DNA from: an uncultured bacterium
GTDB lineage: Bacteria > Omnitrophota > Omnitrophia > Omnitrophales > Abzuiibacteriaceae
Assembly: GCA_964387845.1 (NCBI GenBank)
Contig: CAYLXA010000002.1
Span: 32,001 to 96,000, forward strand
Direction: 5' to 3'
Length of the DNA: 64,000 nt
Within the stretch, counting starts at the first letter, position 1. Each line of letters opens with the position of its first letter. The position numbers were made by a program, and so were the translations under genes. The notes under the pieces were generated by a model. It made no database searches. It saw only the letters and a program-made list of their open reading frames with translations, and was not told the DNA's origin. Below are positions 8,244 to 17,776 of the stretch, in pieces.

Positions 8244-9794
8244 ATGGTTAATACAAAAAATAAACTTGATGTCTTGCTCATTAATCCTGGCAATTTGATC
8301 CAGGTTTACCAAACGCTGGGACTCAATATTTCTGCTATCGAGCCGCCGGTTTGGTCCGGGTTGATGGCCACTTTCGTTCGGCGCAAAGGCTGTTCCGTTC
8401 AAATTCTGGATGCTAACGCCGAGAATCTGACCCCTGCTCAAACTGCGCAAAAAGCGCTTGAGTTGAAGCCGCTTCTGATCGCTGTTGTTGTTTACGGACA
8501 TCAACCGTCGGCTTCGACGCAAATTATGCCGGCGGCAAGTTCAATTTGCTCCGCGATTAAGGCGCAAGACCCAAGCCAAAAGGTGTTTTTGGTTGGCGGG
8601 CATGTCTCGGCGCTGCCTGATCGGACGCTGAGCGAGGAAAGTGCAGATTTTGTGTCGAGCGGCGAGGGGCCGCACACGCTTTTAGAGTTAATTGAGGCGC
8701 TGAAAGCCGGCGGCTCCGAAAATTTAAAGAAGGTTCGCGGATTACTTTATAAAGAAAACGGGAAAATTCAGTTCAACGCACCGGCACCACTCGTCAAAAA
8801 CTTGGATGAAGAAATGCCTGAAATGGCCTGGGATCTTTTGCCTATGGAAAAATACCGGGCGCACAACTGGCATTGTTTCGGTCATTTAGATAAACGCGCG
8901 CCTTATGCTTCGTTTTATACCACGCTCGGGTGTCCGTATCACTGCACTTTTTGTTGTATTCAGTCGCCTTACAAAACCGGAGAAAAAGAGTCTGGTTTGA
9001 AGGAGGAGATTAACAGCTATCGCTTCTGGAATCCCAAAACGGTTGTCGATCAAATCGGAAAATTAGTCAACGAATACGGAGTCCGCAATATTAAGATCGC
9101 AGACGAGATGTTTGTTCTCAATGCGCGTCATGTATTTGGTATTTGCGATTTGATCATTGAGCGCGGTTATGATTTGAATATTTGGGCGTATGCACGCATT
9201 GACACAATTAAGGACAATATGCTGGACAAATTAAAGCGTGCGGGTGTGAACTGGCTCGCGTTTGGCATCGAGTCGGGTAGCGAGCGTGTCCGAGATAATG
9301 TGGACAAAGCGTTTGACCAAGAGGACATTCGCAAAGTAATTCAAAAAGTGAAAGATGCTGGTATTAACATCATCGGAAATTATATCTTCGGGCTACCGGA
9401 AGATGATATGAATTCAATGAAAGCCACTCTGGATTTAGCGCTCGAACTTAATTGCGAATTTACCAACTTTTATTGCGCGATGGCGTATCCCGGGTCTCCT
9501 TTGTATCAGCAGGCTATCCGTGAAAAATGGGCATTACCAAAAGCCTGGAGCGGTTATTCTCAGCATTCGGTCGATATGCTTCCGCTTGCCACAAAACACC
9601 TCCCGGCTTCTGACGTTATTCGGTTTAGAGACCAGGCATTTGAGGTTTATTTTAAATCACCTAAATATTTAGAGATGGTGCGCCAAAAATTCGGCGAAGA
9701 AACTTTAAAACATATCCAGGCAATGCTTTCACATCAGCTTAAACGACAATTCGTTTCTTCAAGCACGTCAAAAACCTCATCGCAAAAGAGTTGA
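8244..9794 (+). CDS. B12-binding (class B) radical SAM enzyme
   Basis: N-terminal cobalamin-binding Rossmann-like domain. CPYHCTFC gives a CX3CX2C radical SAM motif. 516 aa. Confidence 0.75.
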   Translation: MVNTKNKLDVLLINPGNLIQVYQTLGLNISAIEPPVWSGLMATFVRRKGCSVQILDANAENLTPAQTAQKALELKPLLIAVVVYGHQPSASTQIMPAASSICSAIKAQDPSQKVFLVGGHVSALPDRTLSEESADFVSSGEGPHTLLELIEALKAGGSENLKKVRGLLYKENGKIQFNAPAPLVKNLDEEMPEMAWDLLPMEKYRAHNWHCFGHLDKRAPYASFYTTLGCPYHCTFCCIQSPYKTGEKESGLKEEINSYRFWNPKTVVDQIGKLVNEYGVRNIKIADEMFVLNARHVFGICDLIIERGYDLNIWAYARIDTIKDNMLDKLKRAGVNWLAFGIESGSERVRDNVDKAFDQEDIRKVIQKVKDAGINIIGNYIFGLPEDDMNSMKATLDLALELNCEFTNFYCAMAYPGSPLYQQAIREKWALPKAWSGYSQHSVDMLPLATKHLPASDVIRFRDQAFEVYFKSPKYLEMVRQKFGEETLKHIQAMLSHQLKRQFVSSSTSKTSSQKS

Positions 9795-10978
9795 CTCAGT
9801 CGCGATCAACGCAGAAGCAATGGATAGTTATCGGCGGCGGCATTATTGGCACCGCGGTTGCCCTGGCTCTTGCTAAGCGCAAAGCTGGCTCAATCTTAAT
9901 TCTAGAGAAAGAATCTTCGCTCGGGCTTCATCAAAGCGGTCGCAACAGCGGTGTCATTCATTCCGGGATTAATCAAAAACCCGGAAGTTTGAAAGCAAAA
10001 ATGTGCGTTGAGGGCAGCCGGCGCTTGCGAGAATATTGCAGACAGCGGCGGATTGTGATGAATGAATGTGGGACTTTAGTGATTGCGCGTCATGCCGAAG
10101 AGCTGGCAACCCTAGACCGTCTTTTAAAAATGGGTGTCGAGTGCGGCGTTGAGGGGTTGATGTTAATCGGCCGCGATGAATTGATTGAGCGGGAACCGAT
10201 TGCCAAAGGCGATAGTGCTCTTCTGTCTCCCTCAGGCGCAACCGTTGATTCTGAAATGCTCCTCAAATCTCTTGCGCAAGATGCGCGCGAGGTCGGTGTT
10301 GAGTATAAAATGGTCCATCGCGTTTTAAAAATCGAAGGAAATACGGTCTATACCAACCAAGGGAGTTTCAACGCCGAATACATCATTAATTGTGCGGGGC
10401 TTTATGCAGATGAAATTGCGCATATGATGAACGCAGGGAGAGGTTATCGGATTATTCCATTTCGCGGCGAGTATATGGAAGTCAAAAATTGCGATGTGAA
10501 ATCAATGGTTTATCAGGCTCCTGATCTCCGGTTTCCGTTTTTGAGCATTCATTTAACCCGGGAAACGGACGGAAGAGTGCTTGCCGGGCCTAGCGCAGTT
10601 TTGGCGTTTGGCAGGGAAGCATATGAGAAGGAATGGGATTGGCGTGAAATGGGCCGCATGTTTACTAGTATGCAATTTTTACGGATGGTTATCAGACCAG
10701 AGTTTGTGCAGCTAGCTTCCGAGAATTTGAAAACATCGCTATCAGCAAATAGTTTTTTGGAGCAGATTCAGTCTCTGGTTGCAGGTGTAACGCAAGAACA
10801 GATTGTGCCGCATCGGGCCGGAATCCGAGCTCAGATGGTGGATCAAAGCGGTAAATTGGTTGATGATATTTTGGTGGAACATCAACCGTCGGCAACGCAT
10901 GTGCTGAATGCAGTATCTCCCGGAATGACGTGCAGTCTGGCATTTGCAGACTATTTAGCGGGGCAAATTTTAAATTAG
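9791..10978 (+). CDS. FAD-dependent oxidoreductase (L-2-hydroxyglutarate oxidase LhgO-like)
   Basis: TTG start overlapping the previous stop. The WIVIGGGIIGTAVA dinucleotide-binding motif immediately follows. LhgO/DAO-family architecture. Confidence 0.7.
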   Translation: MTQSRSTQKQWIVIGGGIIGTAVALALAKRKAGSILILEKESSLGLHQSGRNSGVIHSGINQKPGSLKAKMCVEGSRRLREYCRQRRIVMNECGTLVIARHAEELATLDRLLKMGVECGVEGLMLIGRDELIEREPIAKGDSALLSPSGATVDSEMLLKSLAQDAREVGVEYKMVHRVLKIEGNTVYTNQGSFNAEYIINCAGLYADEIAHMMNAGRGYRIIPFRGEYMEVKNCDVKSMVYQAPDLRFPFLSIHLTRETDGRVLAGPSAVLAFGREAYEKEWDWREMGRMFTSMQFLRMVIRPEFVQLASENLKTSLSANSFLEQIQSLVAGVTQEQIVPHRAGIRAQMVDQSGKLVDDILVEHQPSATHVLNAVSPGMTCSLAFADYLAGQILN

Positions 10979-11002
10979 TGAGATAGTTAACGAGTGGCTT
11001 GT

Positions 11003-11968
11003 ATGAAAAAAATTTTAATCTGCGGCGGAACTGGTTTTATCGGCAGGAATTTGGTTGAGTATTTTGTCAAAAAACCAGATTTTGAAGTTTACGCAACTTG
11101 TTACAAGCGTCGTTCTCCCTTAATTCCAAAGGCTAAATTTAAGCGTATTGATTTAACAAATGTTGTGCAAGTTCAAGAAATTGTGAAGGGGATGGATGTT
11201 GTGGTTCAAGCCGCTGCCACAACCTCCGGCGTAAAGGATACGATTGAGGCGCCTTATGTGCACGTTACAGATAACGCCGTAATGAACTCCTTGATTTTTC
11301 GAGCGTGTTTCGAGCAAAAGGTGAAACACGTGATCTTTTTAAGCTGTACCGTGATGTATCCGAATCAGGAGGCGCCAGTTTCGGAAGAAGATATGAATTA
11401 TCAAATTACGGATAATTATTTTGGTGTCGGTTGGACAAAAGTTTACCTCGAGAAAATGAGCCAATTTTATTCGCGAATCGGAAGTGCTAAATATACCGCG
11501 ATTCGGCATTCCAATATTTACGGCCCTTATGATAAGTATGATCTTGAAAAATCACACGTTTTTGGCGCAACGGTTGCGAAAGTTGAAACTGCCAAGGACG
11601 GCAAAGTTGTGGTCTGGGGCACGGGCGCCCAAGAGCGCGATCTTTTATATGTGGATGACCTGTCCCGGTTTATTGATTTGGCAATTGAAAAGCAAACTGA
11701 AAAGTTTGAGCTGGTTAATGTTGGTTACGGAAAAAGCATTTCAATTGCTAATCTGGTCCAGTTGATTATTGACCGCTCCAAAAAGAATTTAAAGATTGAG
11801 TATGATCATTTAAAGCCTTCGGTTAACTTCAAGTTGGTTCTGAATATCGACCGCGCAAAGCGCATTTTTGGCTGGGAGCCGCAGGTGCCGCTTGAAGAAG
11901 GAATTGAAAGGAGTCTTGCGTGGTATCGAAAACATATTCAACCAATGTCTGCCGAAAAGATTAAATGA
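11003..11968 (+). CDS. NAD-dependent epimerase/reductase (second Fcl-like SDR)
   Basis: ICGGTGFIGRNL motif. An LSCTVMYP segment lies where Fcl has SSCIYP. The alternative start is 10994. Confidence 0.7.
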   Translation: MKKILICGGTGFIGRNLVEYFVKKPDFEVYATCYKRRSPLIPKAKFKRIDLTNVVQVQEIVKGMDVVVQAAATTSGVKDTIEAPYVHVTDNAVMNSLIFRACFEQKVKHVIFLSCTVMYPNQEAPVSEEDMNYQITDNYFGVGWTKVYLEKMSQFYSRIGSAKYTAIRHSNIYGPYDKYDLEKSHVFGATVAKVETAKDGKVVVWGTGAQERDLLYVDDLSRFIDLAIEKQTEKFELVNVGYGKSISIANLVQLIIDRSKKNLKIEYDHLKPSVNFKLVLNIDRAKRIFGWEPQVPLEEGIERSLAWYRKHIQPMSAEKIK

Positions 11969-14019
11969 AAAGCAAATTAATTTGCGCTGCCGTATTAGTG
12001 GCGCTGATTGTGATTTCATTTTACACCTACCGCTCCGGTGTCATTTCCGTGCCTCGCTCCGATCACTATGGGTTTATGGCGGAGAGGGAATACGCAGTTT
12101 CGGATACCGAGTTTTTGTTGAAGCAGTTGGTCTATAACCGGACCCGCGTCATCGCAAAGGGTGATTCTTTTTTGTTCAGGCCCGGAATGACCGGCACGCT
12201 CGCGCTTTTGGATATTTTTTTTCGGCATAATTTGTATGCGCTTGGCGCTTTCAGTATCCTCGCGCATGCTTTGACGGCTTTTTCATTGTTCTTATTGCTG
12301 AGTTTGTTTTTAAGGCGCTCTTTTGCGTTTATCCTATCCGTTGTATTTGCCACGCATCTGGCAGGTTTTGAAATGGTTTTTTGGCGCCATATCAGTCCTT
12401 ACATGTTTTGCCTGGTTTTTGTAGGATTGGCATTGTACGCGCTTGGCCGCTGGCTTCAGCCGCCCGAAAATCGAAATTGGCTTTTATTATTTTCATTCTG
12501 CCTTTTTTTATCTTCACTATTTCACGAAGTTGTTTTGCCGGCGATGGTTATCTTCTGTCTTTTATTTTTAGTTCTGCATTTTCAAAATCAATCAACGAAT
12601 CCATCTTATTTTAAATCATTGTCAATCGCGTGCCTGGTCCCGCTGGCTGCTAATTTGCTGCTCAACGTCGCTGGCCGGATCGCTTTTAGCAGCCAGGCCA
12701 ACCTGTTATTGAGTGATGCGGCGCAACCGGCAAGCGTTGCTTACGCCTCAAAATTTTTAAGCCACGCGGTTTACGTCGGGGGCCTGATTATCACTGCCTT
12801 TTTGGCGCCGAGCATCATTCGTTTCTCATTTATTAATTTGGATTTTCGGGCGGAGTGGGACTTTCTCAAAATTCCAGCGCCTGTTTTTTACACCGCCGGT
12901 TTTATTTTTCTTACATTGATCGCAGGGGCGTTAATTTATCTATATATTTTCAGAAAAAAGCTCGGTCAGCGACAGCTTTTTCCGATTTTTGCATTCGCGG
13001 GAATATTTTTGATTGTCACTTTTTTGGGACTAACGGTCGGGAGGGCCATTCCGCGCTCAATCGGTTATTTGAAAAACTCCACCTATTATTTCTATCTAAC
13101 CAATTACGCCCTTACAATCATCGTTGCTATGGGCTTGAGAAAAATCAGCAGCTTACCGTATAAAAATTTAAAAATCGGATTAGTGTTTTTCCTGCTCTGT
13201 GTTGCCGGTTATCAGATTAAAAGCGGTATTGCGGGAATCGAAAAGGCAATCAATGCTCGAGGTGATTACGATAAACAAATCGCTTCCAAAACACTCCGGG
13301 TTTGGTCAGAATTAAGCAAGCATCCGGAATATTGCTATGGTGGGACCGGGGCCGAAAGAGTTTCAAGCTTTGTGCCCAATGTTCTGCTGTACCGAAGGTC
13401 ATGCAATGCTTTCCCGGACAAAATCCCGCTCTATTTGCTCGAAAACGAAAAACGCGAACTTTGGTTTATGCAGTTGATTCCTGAGCAGATTGATCAGCAG
13501 GCCTATCGTTATGGGCAGATCAATAATGAGGGGCAAGCCGAGTTTTCCGCTCAATCAACCGATAACCAGCTCAGTTTTAGCGGTTTTTCTCTTAGCAATG
13601 CCGTCCATCATCCTATTTATTACGGCGCCCGGCTTCATGGGGGATTTGTCGGAGGTTTGGTATTTAACTATCACGACCCCGCCAATTTTTCAATCTTAGT
13701 GGCAAATGAACGTTACACTTATGTGCAATTTAACGAGAATGGAAACCCCTCGGAACCGTCGTATGTGGCGCAGCAGATTTTAGATCCGATCGCTTTTGAT
13801 TTGTCGATTCGGAGAATCGGCGGCAGGTATGTTGTATTCTATAACCGGACTTTGCTTGCAGTGATCAATGATGCTGTTTCCGAGGGACGAGTGGGGCTTT
13901 ATCGGAAGCCCCGTCATTCAGCAGGCGAGTATTTTACCGACGTGGTCTTGATTGATGCTTCAGAGGCCAAACAATCGCAGATGGGTGCTTTTGAACCTGT
14001 TTTTCAATTTCAATTTTAG
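11965..14019 (+). CDS. large polytopic membrane protein with a ~250-aa C-terminal soluble beta-rich domain (GT-C-like?)
   Basis: 684 aa. About 10 predicted TM segments in the first ~430 aa, then a hydrophilic C-terminal domain. 4-nt overlap with the upstream gene. Confidence 0.6.
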   Translation: MKSKLICAAVLVALIVISFYTYRSGVISVPRSDHYGFMAEREYAVSDTEFLLKQLVYNRTRVIAKGDSFLFRPGMTGTLALLDIFFRHNLYALGAFSILAHALTAFSLFLLLSLFLRRSFAFILSVVFATHLAGFEMVFWRHISPYMFCLVFVGLALYALGRWLQPPENRNWLLLFSFCLFLSSLFHEVVLPAMVIFCLLFLVLHFQNQSTNPSYFKSLSIACLVPLAANLLLNVAGRIAFSSQANLLLSDAAQPASVAYASKFLSHAVYVGGLIITAFLAPSIIRFSFINLDFRAEWDFLKIPAPVFYTAGFIFLTLIAGALIYLYIFRKKLGQRQLFPIFAFAGIFLIVTFLGLTVGRAIPRSIGYLKNSTYYFYLTNYALTIIVAMGLRKISSLPYKNLKIGLVFFLLCVAGYQIKSGIAGIEKAINARGDYDKQIASKTLRVWSELSKHPEYCYGGTGAERVSSFVPNVLLYRRSCNAFPDKIPLYLLENEKRELWFMQLIPEQIDQQAYRYGQINNEGQAEFSAQSTDNQLSFSGFSLSNAVHHPIYYGARLHGGFVGGLVFNYHDPANFSILVANERYTYVQFNENGNPSEPSYVAQQILDPIAFDLSIRRIGGRYVVFYNRTLLAVINDAVSEGRVGLYRKPRHSAGEYFTDVVLIDASEAKQSQMGAFEPVFQFQF

Positions 14020-14043
14020 TTATGCGGTAGTGAGGTGTGTGTG

Positions 14044-15963
14044 ATGATTTTGTTTCCGGTTTTATTATTTGCGGCTTTGGTTCTGATTTTAAACGGCCAT
14101 CCGCAATTTCGAGTCAATGAACGCGATGATTGGCGTTATCAAACGGGTCTTGCATTTGTTGTGACGGGCGTCATCGCGGTTGCTGCGATTGAAGTGTTGA
14201 GCGTTTTTTCTGCGCTTACACAAAAAACCGTTGGCGTGACATGGGGAGCGCTGCTGTGCGTTGCTCTGTCTGTTTGGTTTTTTGGTTATCGAAAAACTCA
14301 GATCCTGCCTTCGATTTCCGGTTTTTCAGGTTTATTCTTAGGGCTTTTGTCCGGGATTTTTTTCCTCGTAATTATTACGAGCGTTGTTGCTCTTTTGGCT
14401 CCGCCCAATACATGGGATTCGCTGACGTATCACATGAGCCGGGTCGCGCATTGGGTCCAAAATAGAAGTGTCGGACACTATCCAACCAACATTTTAAGGC
14501 AATTGTATCATGCGCCAGGAGCCGAATTTATGATCTTGCAAGCCCAGCTCTTGAGCGGAGGCGACCGCTTTGCCAATATGATTCAATGGAGTTTTTATAT
14601 CGGCTGTGTTCTCACCAGTTCTTTGCTGACAAAGCAATTTGGATTTGACCGGTGGGCACAGCTGCTGACCGCGGTTTTTGCGTCAACGCTCCCGATGGCG
14701 ATTTTACAGGCTTCAAGCACGCAAAACGATCTGGCAGCCTCGTTCTGGCTTCTTGCAGCAGTTGTGTTTCTTCTGAGGCTGCAGAATCAATTTAATTGGA
14801 CAGATGCGTGCGGTGCCGGTGCCGGTATTGGGCTTGCGTTTCTGACAAAATCACTATCCTATGTTTACATTATTCCGTTCATAGCGTGGTTTGCTTGGGC
14901 TTGCGTCAGAAACAGGCAGTGGGGAAAGTTGTCAAAAACTGCGGCGTTAATTGCTGCGCTGGTTATCGTGATTAATCTGGGCCACTGGTCGCGCAATTTC
15001 GTACTTTTCCATCATCCGCTAGGGCCAATAAAAACAATAGATTTAACCAACGAGAAATTCGGCGTCCGGCCCGTGTTGTCTAACATAATTCGGGGCGCTG
15101 CCTCGCACGCGAGCTTTCCGATCATTGGTATTAACCACGAGCTGACCAAATGGATTTATGCGTTCCACCGTTCGCTTGGCATGGATGCCAATGATCCGAA
15201 GACAACCTATGATCCTAATTTTGGAAAATTTCAAATCCGTCCGCTTCACGCCCATGAAGATTCAGCGAGCAACCCCATTCATTTTTGGCTGATTGTGATT
15301 TGCGGGATTATTGCGCTGCGCAGGCGCGAGACTCGAAAAGAGCCAAAATTTATATTTTATCTTGCATCGGTCATTGCTGCCTTCCTGCTAATTTGCATTA
15401 TTTTCAAGTGGCAAGTGTGGATCAGCCGTTTGCAGCTGCCTCTTTTCTTTTTTTGGGCACCTGTGGCGGGTTCAGTGCTGTCTTTGATGAAAGCAAAAAG
15501 CGTATCTGGCGCAGTTGCCGTTTTTTTGCTGGTCAGCTCACTTTATTCAGCTTTCTTTAATTTTTCTCGGAGTTTTTTTAAGTGGCCTTTTGTTGACAAT
15601 ATGCCGCCCACTGTTTTTGAAGCAGGACGTGACATGCTGTATATGAATAACGGGGCTAACATTGTGAAGCTTTCATATTTACTTGCAACAAAACATATTG
15701 AATCGAAGCGCTATAAGAATGTCGGACTTATTGTTCATGAGGATGACTGGGAATATCCGTACTGGGCGATACTGCAAGCCAATCGGAATGCGATCCGGAT
15801 TGAACATATAGAAGTGGCGAATATATCGAGTAAAATAAAAAGAAAGCCTTTTCGGCCGGATGTTGTTATTGCATCAAAGCCAACGGATGGGCAAATCCGA
15901 CGCTATGAAGCCGAGTATGGTTCCGGCGAACAGATGGGAATTTTGTGGGTTTTTGGCCGGTAG
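14044..15963 (+). CDS. polytopic GT-C-type membrane glycosyltransferase (ArnT/PMT-like)
   Basis: ATG at 14044 preceded by GAGGTG. Many TM helices. Early loop PPNTWDSLTYHMSRVAHW resembles the GT-C acidic loop. Soluble C-terminal ~150 aa. Confidence 0.6.
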   Translation: MILFPVLLFAALVLILNGHPQFRVNERDDWRYQTGLAFVVTGVIAVAAIEVLSVFSALTQKTVGVTWGALLCVALSVWFFGYRKTQILPSISGFSGLFLGLLSGIFFLVIITSVVALLAPPNTWDSLTYHMSRVAHWVQNRSVGHYPTNILRQLYHAPGAEFMILQAQLLSGGDRFANMIQWSFYIGCVLTSSLLTKQFGFDRWAQLLTAVFASTLPMAILQASSTQNDLAASFWLLAAVVFLLRLQNQFNWTDACGAGAGIGLAFLTKSLSYVYIIPFIAWFAWACVRNRQWGKLSKTAALIAALVIVINLGHWSRNFVLFHHPLGPIKTIDLTNEKFGVRPVLSNIIRGAASHASFPIIGINHELTKWIYAFHRSLGMDANDPKTTYDPNFGKFQIRPLHAHEDSASNPIHFWLIVICGIIALRRRETRKEPKFIFYLASVIAAFLLICIIFKWQVWISRLQLPLFFFWAPVAGSVLSLMKAKSVSGAVAVFLLVSSLYSAFFNFSRSFFKWPFVDNMPPTVFEAGRDMLYMNNGANIVKLSYLLATKHIESKRYKNVGLIVHEDDWEYPYWAILQANRNAIRIEHIEVANISSKIKRKPFRPDVVIASKPTDGQIRRYEAEYGSGEQMGILWVFGR

Positions 15964-16031
15964 GTAGCTTTTTGCCTTTACCGGAGCAGTGAAATTGCCG
16001 ATAAAAATAGCTAAATTTAAGGAGTTTTTTC

Positions 16032-17042
16032 ATGATTCAAATCGGTGTAATCGGATGCGGGCAATGGGGGCCTAACCATATCCGCAATTTTACCAACTTA
16101 GAAGATAGCCGCGTGGCTGCCTGTTCCGATTTAGACTCAGTACGTTTAACCGCCATGTCAAAGCTTGTGAAGGGTATTGAAACCACGCGGAATTACCGAG
16201 ACATTCTCCACAACCCGCGCATTGACGCAGTGGTGATCTCCACTCCGGCTGCGCTTCATTACAAGATTGCGAAAGAAAGCCTATTAGCGGGCAAGGACGT
16301 GCTCTGCGAAAAACCGCTTTGCACCAAAGTTAGCGATGCGATCAAGCTGACGGAGCTTGCAAAAAAGCTCAAAAGAGTGTTGATGGTCGGGCATGTTTTT
16401 GTATTCAATCCGGGTATCCGAAAGTTAAAAGAACTGATTCAGAAGAAAAAATGCGGGCGCGTATATTATTTACATTCTGAACGGACCAACCTTGGGCCGT
16501 TCCGGCGCGATGTGAATGCAGTGTGGGATTTGGCCTGCCACGACGTTTATATTTTTAATTACTTACTGAATAGTTTTCCGATCGAGGTTACCGCGCGCGG
16601 AGGAAAGTATCTTCAGAGCAAAATCGAAGACGTTGCCTTTATATCGATGACTTATCCGAGCGGTGTTTTGGTGAACATCCATGTCAGCTGGCTGGATCCC
16701 AAAAAAATCAGGCAAATTACCGTCGTTGGAAATAAATCCATGATTACCTGGGATGATTTGGACAATGTCGGCCCGATTAAAATTTACGATAGCCAGGTTG
16801 TGCACAAGTATTACTACGAAACTTTCGGTGAATTTGCGCTGTTGGCGAGGGAAGGTGATATCACGATTCCTAAAATCGCGCTGCAGGAACCTTTAAAGAT
16901 CCAAGATTCCCATTTTTTGGAATGCGTTCAGAAAAGAAAGCAGCCCGCGGCGGATGGTGTTGCCGGTATCCAAACGGTAAAGGTGCTTACGGCCATTCAG
17001 AAATCTCTGGCAAAGCGGGGCAATCCGGTACGCGTCGGATGA
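16032..17042 (+). CDS. Gfo/Idh/MocA-family NAD(P)-dependent sugar oxidoreductase
   Basis: IGVIGCGQWGPNH Rossmann N-terminus. EKP motif (CEKPL). 336 aa. Confidence 0.8.
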   Translation: MIQIGVIGCGQWGPNHIRNFTNLEDSRVAACSDLDSVRLTAMSKLVKGIETTRNYRDILHNPRIDAVVISTPAALHYKIAKESLLAGKDVLCEKPLCTKVSDAIKLTELAKKLKRVLMVGHVFVFNPGIRKLKELIQKKKCGRVYYLHSERTNLGPFRRDVNAVWDLACHDVYIFNYLLNSFPIEVTARGGKYLQSKIEDVAFISMTYPSGVLVNIHVSWLDPKKIRQITVVGNKSMITWDDLDNVGPIKIYDSQVVHKYYYETFGEFALLAREGDITIPKIALQEPLKIQDSHFLECVQKRKQPAADGVAGIQTVKVLTAIQKSLAKRGNPVRVG

Positions 17043-17776
17043 AAGCGCTCATCATTGCGTGTGCCTATAATGAAGGTGTCAAATTTGAAGCCACGTGCGA
17101 TCGAATCGCGGCTTTTCTGAAAAAACGTGATAAAAGCCGTGTCGTAATTGACGTTCTTGTTATCGATGATGCTTCGAGCGATTCCGCGCCTAAGCAATCG
17201 GCATCCAAGCACGGATTCCCGTATTTACGAAATGAAAAGAGAAGCGGTATCGGTTTCTCAATTCGGCGCGGCTATGAATTTGGTATTCAAAAACAGTACG
17301 ATATCTTGATCACAATCGCGGGAAACAACAAGGACAATCCCGATGAATTGGATCAATTGATTGAACCCATTGTCAGCGGGAAAGCGGATTTTGTCCAAGG
17401 ATCCCGGTATTTGGCGGGCGGAAATTATGGTAACATGCCGTTTTATCGGCTTATTACGACACGCTATGTCCATCCTTGGCTATTTTCTTTGGTGGCGGGC
17501 AGGCGGATTACGGATACAACTAACGGTTTCCGGGCCGTGAAAAACTCAGTTTTGAAAGATGTTCGGATTGATTTGCGGCAAGACTGGTTGGATCATTACG
17601 AACTGGAACCCTATTTATTCTGCCGTGCAATACGGTTGGGTTTTCGTATTGCAGAGGTTCCGGTGACCAAGATTTATCCTGACAGAAAGTTAGGTTATTC
17701 TAAAATGGCTCCCATCACGGGTTGGTGGAGTATTTTGAGGCCTCTGGTGTATCTATTTTTTAATTTAAAAAAATAA
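17039..17776 (+). CDS. family-2 glycosyltransferase (Dpm1-like)
   Basis: ATG at 17039 overlaps the previous TGA (ATGA). IIACAYNEG…VIDDASSD is a GT2 DxD region. The longer track ORF from 16922 lies inside the upstream gene. Confidence 0.7.
   Translation: MKALIIACAYNEGVKFEATCDRIAAFLKKRDKSRVVIDVLVIDDASSDSAPKQSASKHGFPYLRNEKRSGIGFSIRRGYEFGIQKQYDILITIAGNNKDNPDELDQLIEPIVSGKADFVQGSRYLAGGNYGNMPFYRLITTRYVHPWLFSLVAGRRITDTTNGFRAVKNSVLKDVRIDLRQDWLDHYELEPYLFCRAIRLGFRIAEVPVTKIYPDRKLGYSKMAPITGWWSILRPLVYLFFNLKK

Noticed and set aside
15964-16031. Possible promoter in the 68-nt gap before the Gfo/Idh/MocA gene (TTGCCG … TAAATT)
   Set aside because: The -35/-10 spacing is non-canonical (11 or 19 nt). Only the AGGAG RBS is convincing.
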